The position numbers and the translations under genes were made by a program. Under the pieces are notes generated by a model, which did no database searches, was not told the DNA's origin, and saw only the letters and a program-made list of their open reading frames with translations. A DNA stretch of 61,647 bases, filler included. It is 8 parts of 8 records of this genome, joined end to end, with 100 filler letters (N's around TTAATTAATTAA, not from the genome) between each part and the next. Parts side by side here need not be neighbours in the genome. Positions count along the whole stretch, not along the records: positions 51,292 to 61,647 come from SRR20825010_3966; 7 more parts are not named here. One strand, given 5' to 3'. Below are positions 61,209 to 61,647 of the stretch, one piece after another (the stretch's first letter is position 1; each line of letters begins with the position of its first letter).

Positions 61209-61647
61209 CTACTTACGAGTCAGGAACTCATCGAGATTCAGCAGCACGTTGGCCGCGACGGTCCACGCCGCGGCCTCGGCCGGGTCGAGGCCGTCGGGAA
61301 GCGGGCCGAGCGGGTCGGTCGCGAAGGTCTGCGCCTCGGCGGTGTGGTCTCGGTAGTGCATGTACGCGTCGGCGACGAGGTCGAGCAGGACGTCGGTTTC
61401 TTCGCGTGTCGGCTCGCGCGAGAGGCAGAGGCGGACGCCGCGGGCGACGCGCTCGGAGGCGATCGGCCCGCCCTCGTCGATCATGCGGCGGGCGAGGGCC
61501 TGGGCGGCCTCGACGTAGACCGGGTCGTTGAGCGTGACGAAGGCCTGCAGCGGTGTGTTGGTGCGGATGCGCCGCGGCAGGCAGACCTCGCGGCTGCCGG
61601 CGTCGAAAGTGGTCATGGAGGGGTAGGGGCTCGTGCGGCGCAGGAAG
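61209..61647 (-). CDS. DUF1549/DUF1553 (PSD1) protein, 3' fragment
   Basis: TNTPLQA...LND, EAAQALA and VLLNLDEF motifs. Confidence 0.9.
   Translation of the reverse strand, partial: FLRRTSPYPSMTTFDAGSREVCLPRRIRTNTPLQAFVTLNDPVYVEAAQALARRMIDEGGPIASERVARGVRLCLSREPTREETDVLLDLVADAYMHYRDHTAEAQTFATDPLGPLPDGLDPAEAAAWTVAANVLLNLDEFLTRK

Overview
The window is a concatenation of eight unrelated contig fragments. They are joined by seven 100-nt spacers (N-run + TTAATTAATTAA + N-run at 17759-17858, 21515-21614, 25618-25717, 30415-30514, 34927-35026, 41280-41379 and 51192-51291), so synteny across spacers is meaningless. Taxonomic labels below are impressions from gene content, not search results. (1) 1-17758, alphaproteobacterial ribF-ileS-lspA-mutL region, with a degenerate-EAL (TipF-like) gene, cheY-cheZ, a Cle-like c-di-GMP receiver protein, two AT-rich single-gene insertions (DUF4238-like, FRG-domain), an ArsR-SRPBCC unit and an apparent Ile-leader attenuator before ileS. 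(2) 17859-21514, anmK 3' end, atypical sensor kinase, NarL/LuxR regulator and TetR. (3) 21615-25617, acyl-CoA ligase fragment, TetR, htpX, candidate sRNA and alaS. (4) 25718-30414, part of an aryl-polyene-type cluster with a flavin halogenase-like gene. (5) 30515-34926, degenerate TPR/GT41-like protein, USP, TIGR02186 and TauE. (6) 35027-41279, Rhodobacteraceae-like mipZ, TsoY-family membrane protein with tandem ATTC-N8-GAAT boxes, smc and DMT. (7) 41380-51191, tRNA-Arg(CCT), an uncharacterised GNAT-like/PAS-like module bracketed by two paralogous 36-aa membrane peptides, cydAB, a PhyH + HD oxygenase pair with LysR, and a TRAP/TAXI transporter. (8) 51292-61647, high-GC planctomycete-like ftsW-murG-purH, HNH, gluQ, SpoIIE and DUF1501/DUF1553. 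The best candidates for undescribed biology are the GNAT/PAS module with its 222-nt convergent overlap, the ileS leader attenuator, the putatively SqrR-regulated TsoY gene and the PhyH-HD pair.
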